A DNA stretch of 64,000 nucleotides from the NCBI RefSeq assembly GCF_009914755.1, contig NC_060926.1. The stretch is one strand, 5' to 3'. The position numbers and the translations under genes were made by a program. Below are positions 15,454 through 30,589 of the stretch, one piece after another (within the stretch, counting starts at the first letter, position 1; every line of letters begins with the position of its first letter). The notes under the pieces were generated by a model that had not been told where the DNA came from, did not search any database, and saw nothing but the letters and a program-made list of their open reading frames with translations. Source of the DNA: the human T2T-CHM13v2.0 reference genome, Homo sapiens.

Positions 15454-15601
15454 AAACAGTCAAGTGCTTGATGAAGATAATATATTGAATGAAACACCAA
15501 AATCCCCCGTGATTAATTTACCTCATGAGACTACTGGTGCCTCACAACTGGAAGGAAGCACAGAAATAGCCAAGACCCAGATGACTCCCACAAATAGTGT
15601 G
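15454..15601 (+). CDS. APLF: APLF coding exon 4 (NSQVLDEDNIL...QMTPTNSV), includes the S116-Q ATM site
   Basis: tag acceptor, gtgaga donor; 148 nt, phase 2 to 0, in frame with exon 3. Confidence 0.96.
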
Positions 15602-15921
15602 GTGAGAAATTTGATATCTCATCCATTTATAACATGTTCTTCAAGTTATTATGAAGGCAGAAAAGACAACTGAAATTAGGCCTATTATGACAATATTGCC
15701 AGCATTTATCTACTTTTGCTGATTTTAAGTTAAGCTCTAGAGAATATGGCAGTAATCCAACAGTTAAACTAATAGAAATAATTTCTTTGTTCAAGAAATT
15801 TTATGAACTCAGTCTACAGTTGCATATGGGTATTTTAATGGTAGTATTCTGCAAAGCAGATATTTTGCAAATTCATTCAAGATGTGTGATTATTTTTAGT
15901 AATTTATAGGTGTCTTTTTAG

Positions 15922-16054
15922 TCTTTCCTAGGTGAAAATAGAGACTGCAATAAGCAGCAGCCAATCCTTGCCGAGAGGAAAAGAATCCTTCCAACTTGGA
16001 TGTTAGCAGAACATTTAAGTGATCAAAACCTTTCAGTACCAGCAATCAGTGGAG
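15922..16054 (+). CDS. APLF: APLF coding exon 5 (SFLGENRDCNK...VPAISG) with the Ku80-binding motif ERKRILPTWML
   Basis: ttttag acceptor, gtaggt donor; 133 nt, phase 0 to 1. Confidence 0.96.
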
Positions 16055-16399
16055 GTAGGTTTTTGTTTCTACTAATGCTGACTTTAAAGGAAACATTAAA
16101 CAGAATTTGAAAGCTTTTCTGAAGAAAAACTATAAACTAGTTCTATAGAGATAGAGTAGAGGTTGTGTAAGTGTATAGCCTAGCCTAGTTTTTTTAGTTG
16201 TGAACATGAAGTCTAAAACATAGGCTATTACTTTATGCCATTTATCAAATACCACCCTAATTTTTTTTCATTTAACAAGTGCTATTATGTGCTAGAATTA
16301 TATTAATAAAGACTTCCAAACAAACCTCTTGGTGCTATGTCTAGGATAAAAGGCCAGCACAATAAGAGGGTTTAATTTGATTTTTAAAAATGCCAGACG

Positions 16400-17330
16400 A
16401 ATTGATATACTTTCAAGTTTACTGATTCTTTTTTCTGCCATCTCTAATTTGCTGTTAAGTCTATCTAGTGAATTATTCATTTTAGTTATTGTACTTTTCA
16501 GTTCTGGAATTCCTCTTTGGTTCTTTTGTGTAAGTTTATGTTTCTCCGATGAGATTCCCCATTTATTCAATCATTTGGTGTATTTTTCTATAAGTCTTTG
16601 ATCATATTTATAATAGCTGCGTTAAAGTCTGCATCTACGTACAACTTTGCCATTTCAGACTTAGTTTTTATTGACTGCTTGTTTTCTTTTATGGGGTCAC
16701 ATTTTCCTGTGTATTCTGTGCCTAGTGATTTTCTATTGATACTGGATATTATGGATGATACATTGTAGAGGCTCTTGATTTTGTTATGTTCCTCTGAAGA
16801 AGTATTTTTGTTCTGATAGCAATTAATTTGGCTGGATTCAGAGCCTACCCTGTTTCCCCTGTTATGTATGGCAGCTGCAGTGTCTAGGTAGTTCCTTCAC
16901 TTTCCAGCTGCTGCGTTTTTCTCTGGGTCCTTGGGCCCCATACAAATGTAGTTTAGGAGTCAGCCAAGAATTTGGGTCAAGTTTTTATGTAGGTTTTTGC
17001 TCTTGCCCCTTCTGTGGCTGCCTTCCCTCCAGGATTTTATCACTCACCTCTGCCTGTTCTCCTAGCCTCAAACTCTCTGCTCTGACCATTTAAACCAGTA
17101 AGGTTGCAGCTTTCTGCCACGTGTGACTTGGAGAAGGCCTTCAGGAAAAAAGTCACAAGTTCACAAACTTTATAGATTATAGTTAATTTTCAACCTTGAC
17201 ACTTCTCCAACTCTGCCTCTTTGGTCAATCTCCAGTGCCTACAGATAGTTTGAAAAATATTTTTTTCCTGAATTTACAATGATTTTATTGGCAGTAATTA
17301 CTTTAGTTATGCTGTTTTTCCATTTTACCT
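16400..17330 (-). mobile_element. Old L1M 5'/ORF1 fragment
   Basis: Minus ORF 16298-16570 resembles the L1 ORF1p coiled coil (ELKSTITKMNNSLDRLNSKLEMAEKRISKLE). Confidence 0.7.
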
Positions 17331-17652
17331 TGAACATTGTTTTTTAAAAATTAACAGCACAAATGAATACACATTTTAGTTAGAAAATTACTACTCAGTG
17401 CTTTGTGTATTCTGCACAGTGGTCATAGAAGTCTTCTAAAGTTTTGGATCACATATATTATGTACAGAATATATCTTATTTAATGGTAGTTTGGATTATA
17501 CTAGGATCAAAGTGTTCTCATGGGAAAAGTGCACTATACTTTATGTGTTAAGGGGCATGTGGTTTAATCTGGAGAATTTTCCAATCTAAGCCTAAGACTT
17601 TTGCAGTAAGTTATTCTACTACAGTTGTTTTCAGTTCTTCCCACCCCCACAG

Positions 17653-18032
17653 TTACTTCATGTGTAATATATATATATATATATAGGCAATAACATCTGT
17701 GTATGTGTTGATCCTCAATTTGTAGGAAGGAAATGGGGAATTGTAGTGGGGAGGGGCAGACACTTTCCCTCAGTAGAATAATTTCTCTGATAAAAGAAAG
17801 ACTTAACTTGACCAAAAATTGGACCAATGTGAGCTGGTCCCTGCAAACAACTCCTTTTCTTTCAGAATTGTTTTGTACTGCAACTGCTTCTGTGCTACTG
17901 CTTATAATAATAGTTCAACATGTATTTCATTTCAAATACGTTTTCTTTCCCTTGGTAGATGTCCCACATAAAATATGAAGCACGTTTTTGGGCACTTCTC
18001 TTTGAAAATACGAATGAGAGTAATTTGACATT
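17653..18032 (+). repeat. Left arm (donor copy) of a ~370-bp inverted duplication of unique intronic DNA
   Basis: Reverse complement aligns by eye to 21644-22011 with about 15 substitutions and small indels. Confidence 0.93.
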
Positions 18033-19219
18033 GGTCTGGAATATCGCATGTGTACAATGTACTTAAAATGCTAAAGCTTCAAAATAAGATAGAAGAGTCT
18101 TTGGATTCAGGTAATCTTTTTATAAACTAAGACCGTGGGAGAAGTACTTTATAAGAACAAGATTAGGTTACTTAATTCCTTTAAAGACAGTTTAGTACTT
18201 TAGAACAGTTTAGTACCTGAATCCTGCTAATTAAAAGTTAAAACAATTAGACTTATTCTGTGGTGCTGTTATTTTTTAAAAAATTGTTTTGTTTGTTTAA
18301 GTAATAAATGATGGGGATCAATAGGCCAATATGAGAGATTTTTAAAAATTAATTCGCAGGATGCATTTTGGTTTATTCAGACATGAGTAACTTTCATATG
18401 TCTTTTGCAGCTTTAGGACCATAACTGTGGTTATTGGTCTTTATGTAGATTATCTGAAACTAACTTGATATTTTGGAACCTTTGGAATCCTTAGGAACAG
18501 GACAAATAACATGAATTCATGTTATTTGACTTATCCAAGATCATATAATAAATGCCAGAGCTGTAACTGAGACCTAGCTCTGACTAACTTTAAAGCCCAT
18601 GTACTAAGGCATATCACTGTATAGCTGCCTAAATTTACTCTTTATATGTTTGGTTTTTGTTTGCCTTTTTTGATCTGCCCTTGCGATCTCTCCTGGATCA
18701 TCTCTCAGTTTAACTCTTTAATCCTTTATATGTAGGGGAATTTTTGCTGTTGTCAGGCTTTTTCATTTTTCAGCCAATACAGTTTATTATTATTATTATC
18801 ATCACTATTATATATATATTTTTTATTTCAACAGGTTTTTGTGAAACAGGTGGTGTTTGGTTACATGGATAAGTTATTTAGTGATGATTTCTGAGATTTT
18901 GGTGCACCCATTACCCGAGCAGTGTACACTGTACCCAGTTTGTAATCTTTTATCCCTCACTCCCCGACCCTTCCTCCCAAGCCCTCAAAGTCTGTGGCAT
19001 CATTCTCATGCCTTTGCATCCTTATACCTTAGCTCCCACTTATAAATGAGAAAATACAATGTTTGGTTTTTCATTCCTGAGTTACTTTACTTAGAATAAT
19101 GCTCTCCAATTACATCCAGGTTGCTGCGAGTGCCATTATTTCATTCCTTTTTATGGCTGAGTAGTATTCCATGGTGTATTTGTATATATATAGAGAGAAC
19201 AAATCTGGAGGCATCACGT

Positions 19220-21643
19220 TTTATATATATAATATATATAATTATATATAATGTTATATATAATATAATAATATATTATATATCCTATATAACATTATAT
19301 ATAATATATAATATAATATATATAATATAATATATAATAATATAATATAATATAATTATATATAATAATATATGTTAATATATAATATATAATAATATAT
19401 TAATATATAATATATAATAACATGTTATTAATATATAACATGTTAATATATAATATGTTATTAATATATAATATACTAATATATAATAATACGTTATTGA
19501 TCTATAACATATTAATATATGTTATTGATATATAATATATCAATATATAATAATGTTATTGATACATAATATATTAATATATGTTATTGATATATATAAA
19601 TATATTAATATATGTCATTACTATATAATATATTAATATATGTCATTACTATATAATATATTAATATATGTCATTACTATATAATATATTAATATATCAT
19701 TACTATATAATATATTCATATAGTAATATATGTTATTACTATATATTAATATATCTATATATTACTATATATTAATATATCTATATATGTTATTACTATA
19801 TATTAATATATCAATGTTATTACTATATATTAATATATCAATATGTTATCACTATATATTAATATATCAATATATGTTATTAACATATGTCAATATATGT
19901 TAATAACATATAACAATATATCACTAATATATGTAATTAACATGTAACAGTATATCACTAATGTTATTAACATGTAACAATATATCACTAATATATGTTA
20001 TTAACGTAACAATAATATATCACTAATATGTTATTAACATGTAACAATAATATATCACTAATATATGTTAATATATAACTAATATATCACTAATATCTAC
20101 TGTTAATATATAACAGTAATATATCACTAATATAATGTTAATATATAACAGTAATATATCACTAATATGTGTTAATATATAGCAGTAATATATCACTAAT
20201 ATGTGTTAATATATAGCAGTAATATATCACTAATATGTGTTAATATATAGCAGTATTATATCACTAATATGTGTTAATATATAACCGTAATATATCACTA
20301 ATATGTGTTAATATATAACAGTAATATATCACTAATATGTGTTAATATATAACAGTAATATATCACTAATATATAATAATATATAACAGTAATATATCAT
20401 TAATATATAATATATCATTAGTATATAATATTAATATATATTAATATATAATATATCATATACAATATTAATATATATTAATATATAATAATATATTATT
20501 AATGTATAATAGTAATATAATATATTATCAATATATATTACTAATATATAATAATATATCGTTAATATATAATAGATCATTAATATATAATGTTAATATA
20601 TTATGAATAGATAATATATCAGTATATAATATTAATATATTAATATATTATATATTATTTAATAATATATAATATATTAATAAATAATTATATATTAATA
20701 TAGCAATATATTAATATATGACTGTATTATATTATTAATATATAACAATATATTATATATTATATAATAATTTATTATATAATATATAATAATATATTAT
20801 ATATTATATAACATATTAATAATACATAATAACATTAATAATATATAATAATGTTAATATATTATTATATTATATATTAATATATAATAATATATCAATA
20901 ATGTATCATGAATATATAATATATCAATAATATATCATGAATATATAATATATCATTAATATATCATGAATATATAATAATATATCATTAATATATCATG
21001 AATATATAATAAATCAATATATCATGAATATATATCATTAATATATCATGAATATACAATAATATATCATTAATATATCATGAATATATCATTAATATAT
21101 AATAAAATATTAATAATATATCATTATATAATAAAATATTAATAATATATCATTATATAATAAAATATTAGTAATATATCATTAATATGTAATAAAATAC
21201 TAATATTATGTCATTAATATGTAATAAAATATTAATATTATATCATTAATATATAATAAAATAATAATATATCATTAATATTAATATATTATATAATATT
21301 ATTAATAATACATAATAATATGCTATTAATATACAATATCTGATAATATATTATTAATATATAATAATATATAATATATGATTAATATATAATAATATAA
21401 TATATAATTAATATATAATAATAATATAATATATAATTAATATATAATAATATAATATATAATATATAAAACATATAATTTGACATTTTATATATATATA
21501 AAGACTTGACCAAAAATTGGACCAATGTGACTATATATTTATAATATATAAATATATATTATCTATATTTATTACATAATATATTATATATTATATATCA
21601 TTTATATATAATATAATATATTATATGTATATTGTATATATAA
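19220..21643. repeat. ~2.4-kb almost purely A/T minisatellite made of several sub-arrays
   Basis: For example a 34-bp unit actaatatgtgttaatatatagcagtaatatatc (~20110-20400), a 28-bp unit at ~19600-19700 and atatcatgaatatat units at ~20900-21090. Confidence 0.97.
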
Positions 21644-22011
21644 AATGTCAAATTACTCTCATTTGTATTTTCAAAGTGAAGTGCCCAAAAACATGATTCA
21701 TATTTTAAGTGGTACATCTACCAAGTGAAAGAAAATGTATTTGAAATGAAATACATGTTGAACTATTATAAGCAGTAGCAAAGAAGCAGTTGCAGTACAA
21801 AACAATTCTGAAAGAAAAGGAGTTATTTGCAGGGACCAGTTCACATTGGTTCAATTTTTGGTCAAGTTAAGTCTTTCTTTTATCAGAGAAATTATTCTAC
21901 TGAGGGAAAGTGTCTGCCCCTCCCCACTACGATTCCCCATTTCCTTCCTGCAAATTGAGGATCAACACATACAGAGATGTTATTGACAAAAAAAAATTAC
22001 ACATGAAGTAA
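21644..22011 (-). repeat. Inverted copy of 17653-18032 embedded in the AT array
   Basis: aatgtcaaattactctc...ttacacatgaagtaa is the reverse complement of 17653-18032; flanked by (TA)n on both sides. Confidence 0.93.
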
Positions 22012-25000
22012 TATATATAAATATATGTATATATATATATATTAGTTTCTTTATCTACTCATTGACTGATGGGCATTTGGGCTGGTTCCATGTTTTTGCA
22101 ATTGCGAATTGTGCTGCTATAAACATGTATGTGTAGGTGTCTTTTTCATGTAATGACTTCTTTTCTTCTGGGTAGTCAGCCAGTAGTGGGTTGCTAGATC
22201 AAATGGTAGATCTACTTTTAGTTGTTTAAGGAATCTCCACACGGTTTTCTGTAGTGGTTGTTCTATTTTACATTCCCACCAGCAGTGTAAAAGTGTTCCC
22301 TTTTCACCACATCCACACCAACATCTATTATGTTTTTGATTTTTAAATTATGGCCATTCTTGCAAGAGTAAGGTGATAATGCACTGTGGTTTTGATTTAC
22401 ATTTCCCTAATAATCAGTGATGTTGATCATTTTTTCATATGTTTGTTGTCCATTTGTATATCTTCTTGTGAGAATTGTTTATTCATGTCCTTAGCCCACT
22501 TTTTGATGGGATTATTTGCTTTTTTCTTGCTGATTTGTTTTTTCTTGTAGATTCTGGATATTAGTCCTTTGTCAGATGCATAGTTTGCGAAGATTTTCTC
22601 CCACTCTGTGAGTTGTCTGTTTACTCTGCTGATTATTTCTTTTGCGTGCAGAAGCTTTTTAGTTTAATTAAGTCCCATCTATTTATCTTTGTTTTTATTG
22701 CATTTGCTTTTGGGTTCTTGGTCATGAAGTCTTTTCCTAAGCCAATTTCTAGAAGGGTTTTTCTGATGTTATCTTCTAGAATTTTTATGGTTTCAGGTCT
22801 TAGATTTAAGTCTTTAATCCATACTGAGTTGATTTTTGTATAAGGTGAGAGATGAGGATCCAGTTTCATTCTTTTACATGTGGCTTGCAAATTATCCCAG
22901 CACCATTTGTTGAATAGGGTGTCCTTTCCCTACTTTATATTTCTGTTTGCTGTGTCAAAGCTCAGTTGGCTGTAAGTATTTGGCTTTATTTCTGGGTTCT
23001 CTATTCTGTTGGTCTATGTGCCTGTTTTTATACCAGTACCATGCTATTTTGCTGGCCGTAGCCTTGTAGTACAGTTTGAAGTCGGGTAATGTGATGCCTC
23101 CGGATTTGTTTCTTTTGCTTAGTATTGCTTTGGCTAGACTTGTTTTGGGCTGTCTTTTGGTTTCATATGAATTTTGGGATTGTTTTTTCTAGTCCTGTGA
23201 AGAATGATGGTGGTATTTTGATGAGAATTTCATTGAATTTGTAGATTACTTTTGGCAGTATGTTCATTTTCACAATGTTGATTCTACCGATCCATAAGCA
23301 TGTGATATGTTCCCATTTGTTTGTGTCATCTATGATTTCTTTCAGCAGTGTTTTGTACTTTTCCTTGTAGAGGTCTTTTACCTCCTTGGTTAGGTATATT
23401 CCTGTTTTGTTTTTTGTTTTTGTTTTGTTTGTTTGTTTTTTTGCAGCTATTGTAAAGGGTTGAGTTCTTGATTTGATTCTCAGCTTGGTAACTGTTGGTG
23501 TATAGCAGTACTACAGATTTGTGTACTCTGGTTTTGTGTCCTGAAACTTTGCTGAGTTCATTTATCAGTTCTAGGAGTTGTTTGGATGCATCTCTTGGGT
23601 TTTCTAGGTATATGATTATATCGTTGGCAAATGGTGACAGTTTGACTCAGTGACAGTTTGACTCATTGACTCTTTACTGATTTGGATGCCCTTTATTTTT
23701 TCTCTTGTCTGATTACTCTGGCTAGGAATTCCAGTGCTATGATGAATAGAAGTGTTGAAAGTGGACAGTCAATATAGTTCTAATTTATTTTATTTTTTAT
23801 GTCTCAGGTACTAGTTCTTGGATGTTGTCATGAGTTTCTTAGGCCTGGGCTAAATTTTTTTAAATGTCCATTAGTGATGGAGAAGTAAATATATTTAGGC
23901 AAAGGCTTTCAGAGTCTCCTCTTTCTTGATCTCCAGTTATCTCTGTTCTTTCAGCCTTCCAGGCCACAAGACTAATCATAACTCTTAGGTTAGGATACTC
24001 CTGGTAGATTGAAAAAGGAGCTTTTATATTTCCACTGGTATCATGCTATTCTATAGAGCTCTTCTTCCTGCATCTTCTAAGCTACCAACGTGAAGTTGTA
24101 AAAAGTGGCACATGCTGATGAAGATTGAACTAGTCCCCATACTGTTTGGCTTGCATTTAATTTTGTACTGTGAATATTTTCACCATGGCAATTTGATGCA
24201 GATTATAAATATTGAGCATTTATACATTATTGTAATTGGACTACAGTTCAAAATGTACTTACATTTATGTAAAGTGCTAGTTATTCTGTTTACTTTGTTT
24301 CCAGCAACTTTGCCAAGTTATTTAATTTTAGTAGTTTTTGAACCTTATATTTTCTAGCTGTAGAATCATGTTATCTATAGAATTAGGATAATTTTGGCTC
24401 TTCTGACCTATCTACTGCTTTCTTTTCTTGTCTTTTTAGCTGAACCCTATAAACTTTAAATAAAAATGGTTAAAATTGGTCTGTTCTCATTCCTGATTTT
24501 AATAGAAATTCTCTTAATATTTTAGTATTTTAAGGTTGATATTAGATTCTGATAAATAGTCATATCATGTTTAGTATGGTTCATTTTATTTTTACTATTT
24601 TTTCAGGAATAACTTGAATTATTTAAAAATGTTTTGGTATAGAAATAGTTTTGCATTTTCATGTGTTAATGTAAGTAATGATATTGGTAGATATCCTAAT
24701 GTAATATACTATGCTTGTGTTCCTGGAATAAGTTCAATCTTATGATACCTTTTTATTTTTATACTCTGTTAGATTAAATTTGCTAATATTTGGTTTAGGA
24801 CATCTCTTATCTATATTATGGTTAGTCCGTATTTTTCTTTATGTATGCCTTCTATGTGAGATTTTAATGTTAGAGCACTGAATTATTTCCATATACGGTC
24901 AGGCACAATTTGAATAATTGAAAAATTATGTTTCTTCATGGAACTCTCCTGATCTGGGCCTGATGCCTGCTTTTAGTAGTTGATAATTCTGGCAGAGGAA

Positions 25001-26746
25001 TAGGTAAGTTAGGCCAGGAAAAAAAAGAAGAATGAAACACCCAGAAACAGATAAGAAAAATACGTTTAATTTATAAACACATATCAGTTCAAACTGATGG
25101 AGAAAGGATATATTATTCAATAAATGATGTTGAGAAAATTGGCTTTCCATTTTGAAGAAAATAATGTTAAAGTACTACTTTATGCCATATTCAGAAACAA
25201 ATTTCTATTGAATTAAGTCTTAATATAAAAATTAAAACAAGGCATTTGAAGAAAGTATGGGAAAAATATTTTGATTATGCCTGTACACTTTCTTAAGATG
25301 ATAGGGAACCTGGAATCCTAAGGGAAAAACTGGTAGATTTACCTAAATAAAAAGGAAAAATACTTCTATGCAAAAGACACTGTAAATAAAGTCAGAGGCA
25401 AATAATAGCCTGCCAAACAATATACTGAGATATATTATCTACCACACTTATAAAAGAAGGTTTTTAAAAAATTGTCTACTTAGTAACAAAAAAGATAAAA
25501 CTCAGTAGAAATTTTGGGCATTATGTGTGACATACTACAGAATAATAAATACGCATAGTAAATATTACGACTTTACTATCAGGTAAATTGAAAATAACTA
25601 GTTACCATTTTTTGTTCATTAACTTATCAACATTTAAGCAATTGATAATATCCACTGTTGGCAGAAAGGAGTATTATCGAACATTGCTTGTGGAGGTATA
25701 AATTAGTATAGCCTTTCAAAGTCACTTGTAGTGTCTTTTAAATTTTTAAATATACAATACACTTTGATCCAGAAATTGCAATCCTAGGTATTTAAACCAC
25801 AGAAATAATATTTGTACTTTTAGTCCTGTATATGTTTATGCATATGTATTTGTAGATATATTTGCTTAAACATAGGAAAAATTGAGAAATATACGCATGC
25901 AATAGTTAATATAGCTGTTTGGGAGTAGTTCCTCTAGAAGGTAAGATTGGATGGATGTATTTTTAATGATACATATATATATATAATTGAGCTATTGTTC
26001 ATGTAGTATTAGTATAACAGCTCATATAAGTGCCATTGGTAATAGTTAAAATCAAGCTGTTTTGTATTAATAGTTAATTTCTTTTATATTTCTATCATTT
26101 AACTTTAAATAAAAATGGTCAAACCTATTTTGGATTTCAGAAGAATATTTGCCATACCAGATATAAAGACTGTTGTCAGCCATTTTAAGCTATTCATTTT
26201 TTATATACTCTTTGTGAAGAGCATTTTAATAATATCAAAATGGCTTCTCATGCAGAAAAAAAAAATTAGCTCTAGTCCCTAGAGGTGGTTGATAGTAAGG
26301 AATTTGGAGTTTTGAAAAACTTGAGTATTTTAAATATATATATTTTTTAATTTTAGAATTTTGAGTACATGTGTATCACTTGGAATATATAAACTACCAT
26401 TTGTGTAGAAGCTGTGTCTTGTTTAATTTACTGTAGTTCTTAGCATAATCAGCAATACCACTAGTTCAGTATGTCACTTGGTTTAATTCATAACTGTTAC
26501 AGCATTTGGTCATTTGTTGTACCAAGCTACTCAGTCCTATTAAGTCCTGTTTATGACAGTTTCCAAAAATGATATGAACTATTTTCTAATTTAGATTCAT
26601 GATGAATATTTAAATAATTTAGTTAAAATTTAGTTATTAGAATAGTTTATGCCTAAGTTTGATAATATGGACAGTATTCCATTGGCATTTCTTTCCTGAA
26701 CTTAATGAGGGAATGTTATTTCAGGCTACTTGAATGTCCTTTAGAA

Positions 26747-26970
26747 CTGGACTAAGCAAACTACAGCCCATGGGCCAAATTAGGCCCACTGCCTGGTTTT
26801 GTAAAGAAAGTTTTATTGGAACATGGCCATGGTCAGCCATATATGCATTGTCTGTGACTGCTTTCATGTTACAAAGGCAGAGTTGAGTAGTAGTGACAGA
26901 CACTGTATGGCCCACAGAGTTTAATCTGTTTACTCTCTGGCTTTTTACAGAAAAAGTTTGCTAATCCCTG
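26747..26970 (+). mobile_element. MER58A hAT/Charlie-type MITE
   Basis: 224 bp with degenerate TIRs; perfect 8-bp TSD ctttagaa at 26739-26746 and 26971-26978. Confidence 0.9.
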
Positions 26971-27380
26971 CTTTAGAACATGGAATAATGACTACAGATT
27001 GCTTTATATACCTATATCCTGGCTCTTAAGGGAATCTTTGGACAAATTGTTTATGTTCAAACTTCATTTAGTCAGAAATATTTATTGAGCATCAGTTTTG
27101 TGCTAGGCACAGTTGAAGGTACTGGAGACAAGGGAGGAACAATGAACAAGGCATGTAAAGTTTCTGCCTTCATGAAGACATCACTCTCGAGTAGAGGAGA
27201 AGGACAATTTGCCATGGACAATTATGAATTTGTTAACAAAATATGATAGTGTCTTAGGTTTGCCAACTGCATTAAACTTTGGGTATTTTATGGGATACAA
27301 TGTCCATTGTTATTGAGATTTATTTACTTTATCAGCAAAGTCTGTAGAAGTCACTCTCCTGTTTGGGTTATTTTGGGTTT

Positions 27381-27680
<300 letters not shown>

Positions 27681-28029
27681 TCACTGTGGATGTTAGGGTT
27701 TAATAAGTAGTATATGTAAAGTTCATTGGATAGCTATAAGTCAGATTTTCTGTTAGAGAAATTCAATTCTACAATTAAAAAAATAACATGTATCAGGTAC
27801 TCTGCTAGATAGTTTACATATCTTACTTCATTTACTTTTCCTAATAATTCCATGAATTATAATTCCCATTATCCAGATGATGAAACCAAAGTTCAGAAAG
27901 GTGCGATGAAATAGTTAAGGGATGGAGCCTCCATTGGCATCTCAGCCTGGTAGAATGCACGGCTGGAGCTCTTGGCCATTTTGCTGCTTAATGCTTACTG
28001 AGATTTGCACATAAGTGTTTCCAAGTTAG

Positions 28030-28322
<293 letters not shown>

Positions 28323-28408
28323 CTTTTTCTTTTTTCTTTTTTTGATATGGATTATTGACATTTGAAGATACAGAAGATAATTTTCTTCTTTTTCTTTATG
28401 TGTTTAAG

Positions 28409-28590
28409 GTAATGTAATCCAGGGAAGTGGAAAAGAAGAAATCTGCAAAGATAAATCCCAGCTAAACACAACCCAGCAAGGAAGAAGGCAATTAATTTCA
28501 TCAGGAAGTTCAGAAAATACATCAGCAGAACAAGACACAGGAGAAGAGTGCAAAAATACTGATCAGGAAGAGTCTACCATTTCATCCAAG
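28409..28590 (+). CDS. APLF: APLF coding exon 6 (NVIQGSGKEEICK...ESTISSK)
   Basis: ttaag acceptor, gtgatt donor; 182 nt, phase 1 to 0. Confidence 0.95.
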
Positions 28591-28767
28591 GTGATTTTAA
28601 AAAATTCATTATTTGATTGTTTTTTTGTTAGGTGTTTTAGATAGAAATTAATCATATGCTATATAAAGAGAAATCAAAACTGCCTTTTATTGTTGAGTTT
28701 ATGAAGACAAAACTAGCCCAATTTTTTCAGACTTACTGAAACTAATCTTTAATATAGTATTTGTTGA

Positions 28768-30561
<1,794 letters not shown>

Positions 30562-30589
<28 letters not shown>

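Larger units (their letters stand above)
18785..23765 (-). mobile_element. 5'-truncated L1PB element interrupted by an AT-rich expansion
   Basis: L1PB 3' end at ~18820, L1 resumes at ~22043; ORF2 fragment 22633-22890; TSD cagccaatacagtt (18771-18784) / cagtcaatatagtt (23766-23779). Confidence 0.9.
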
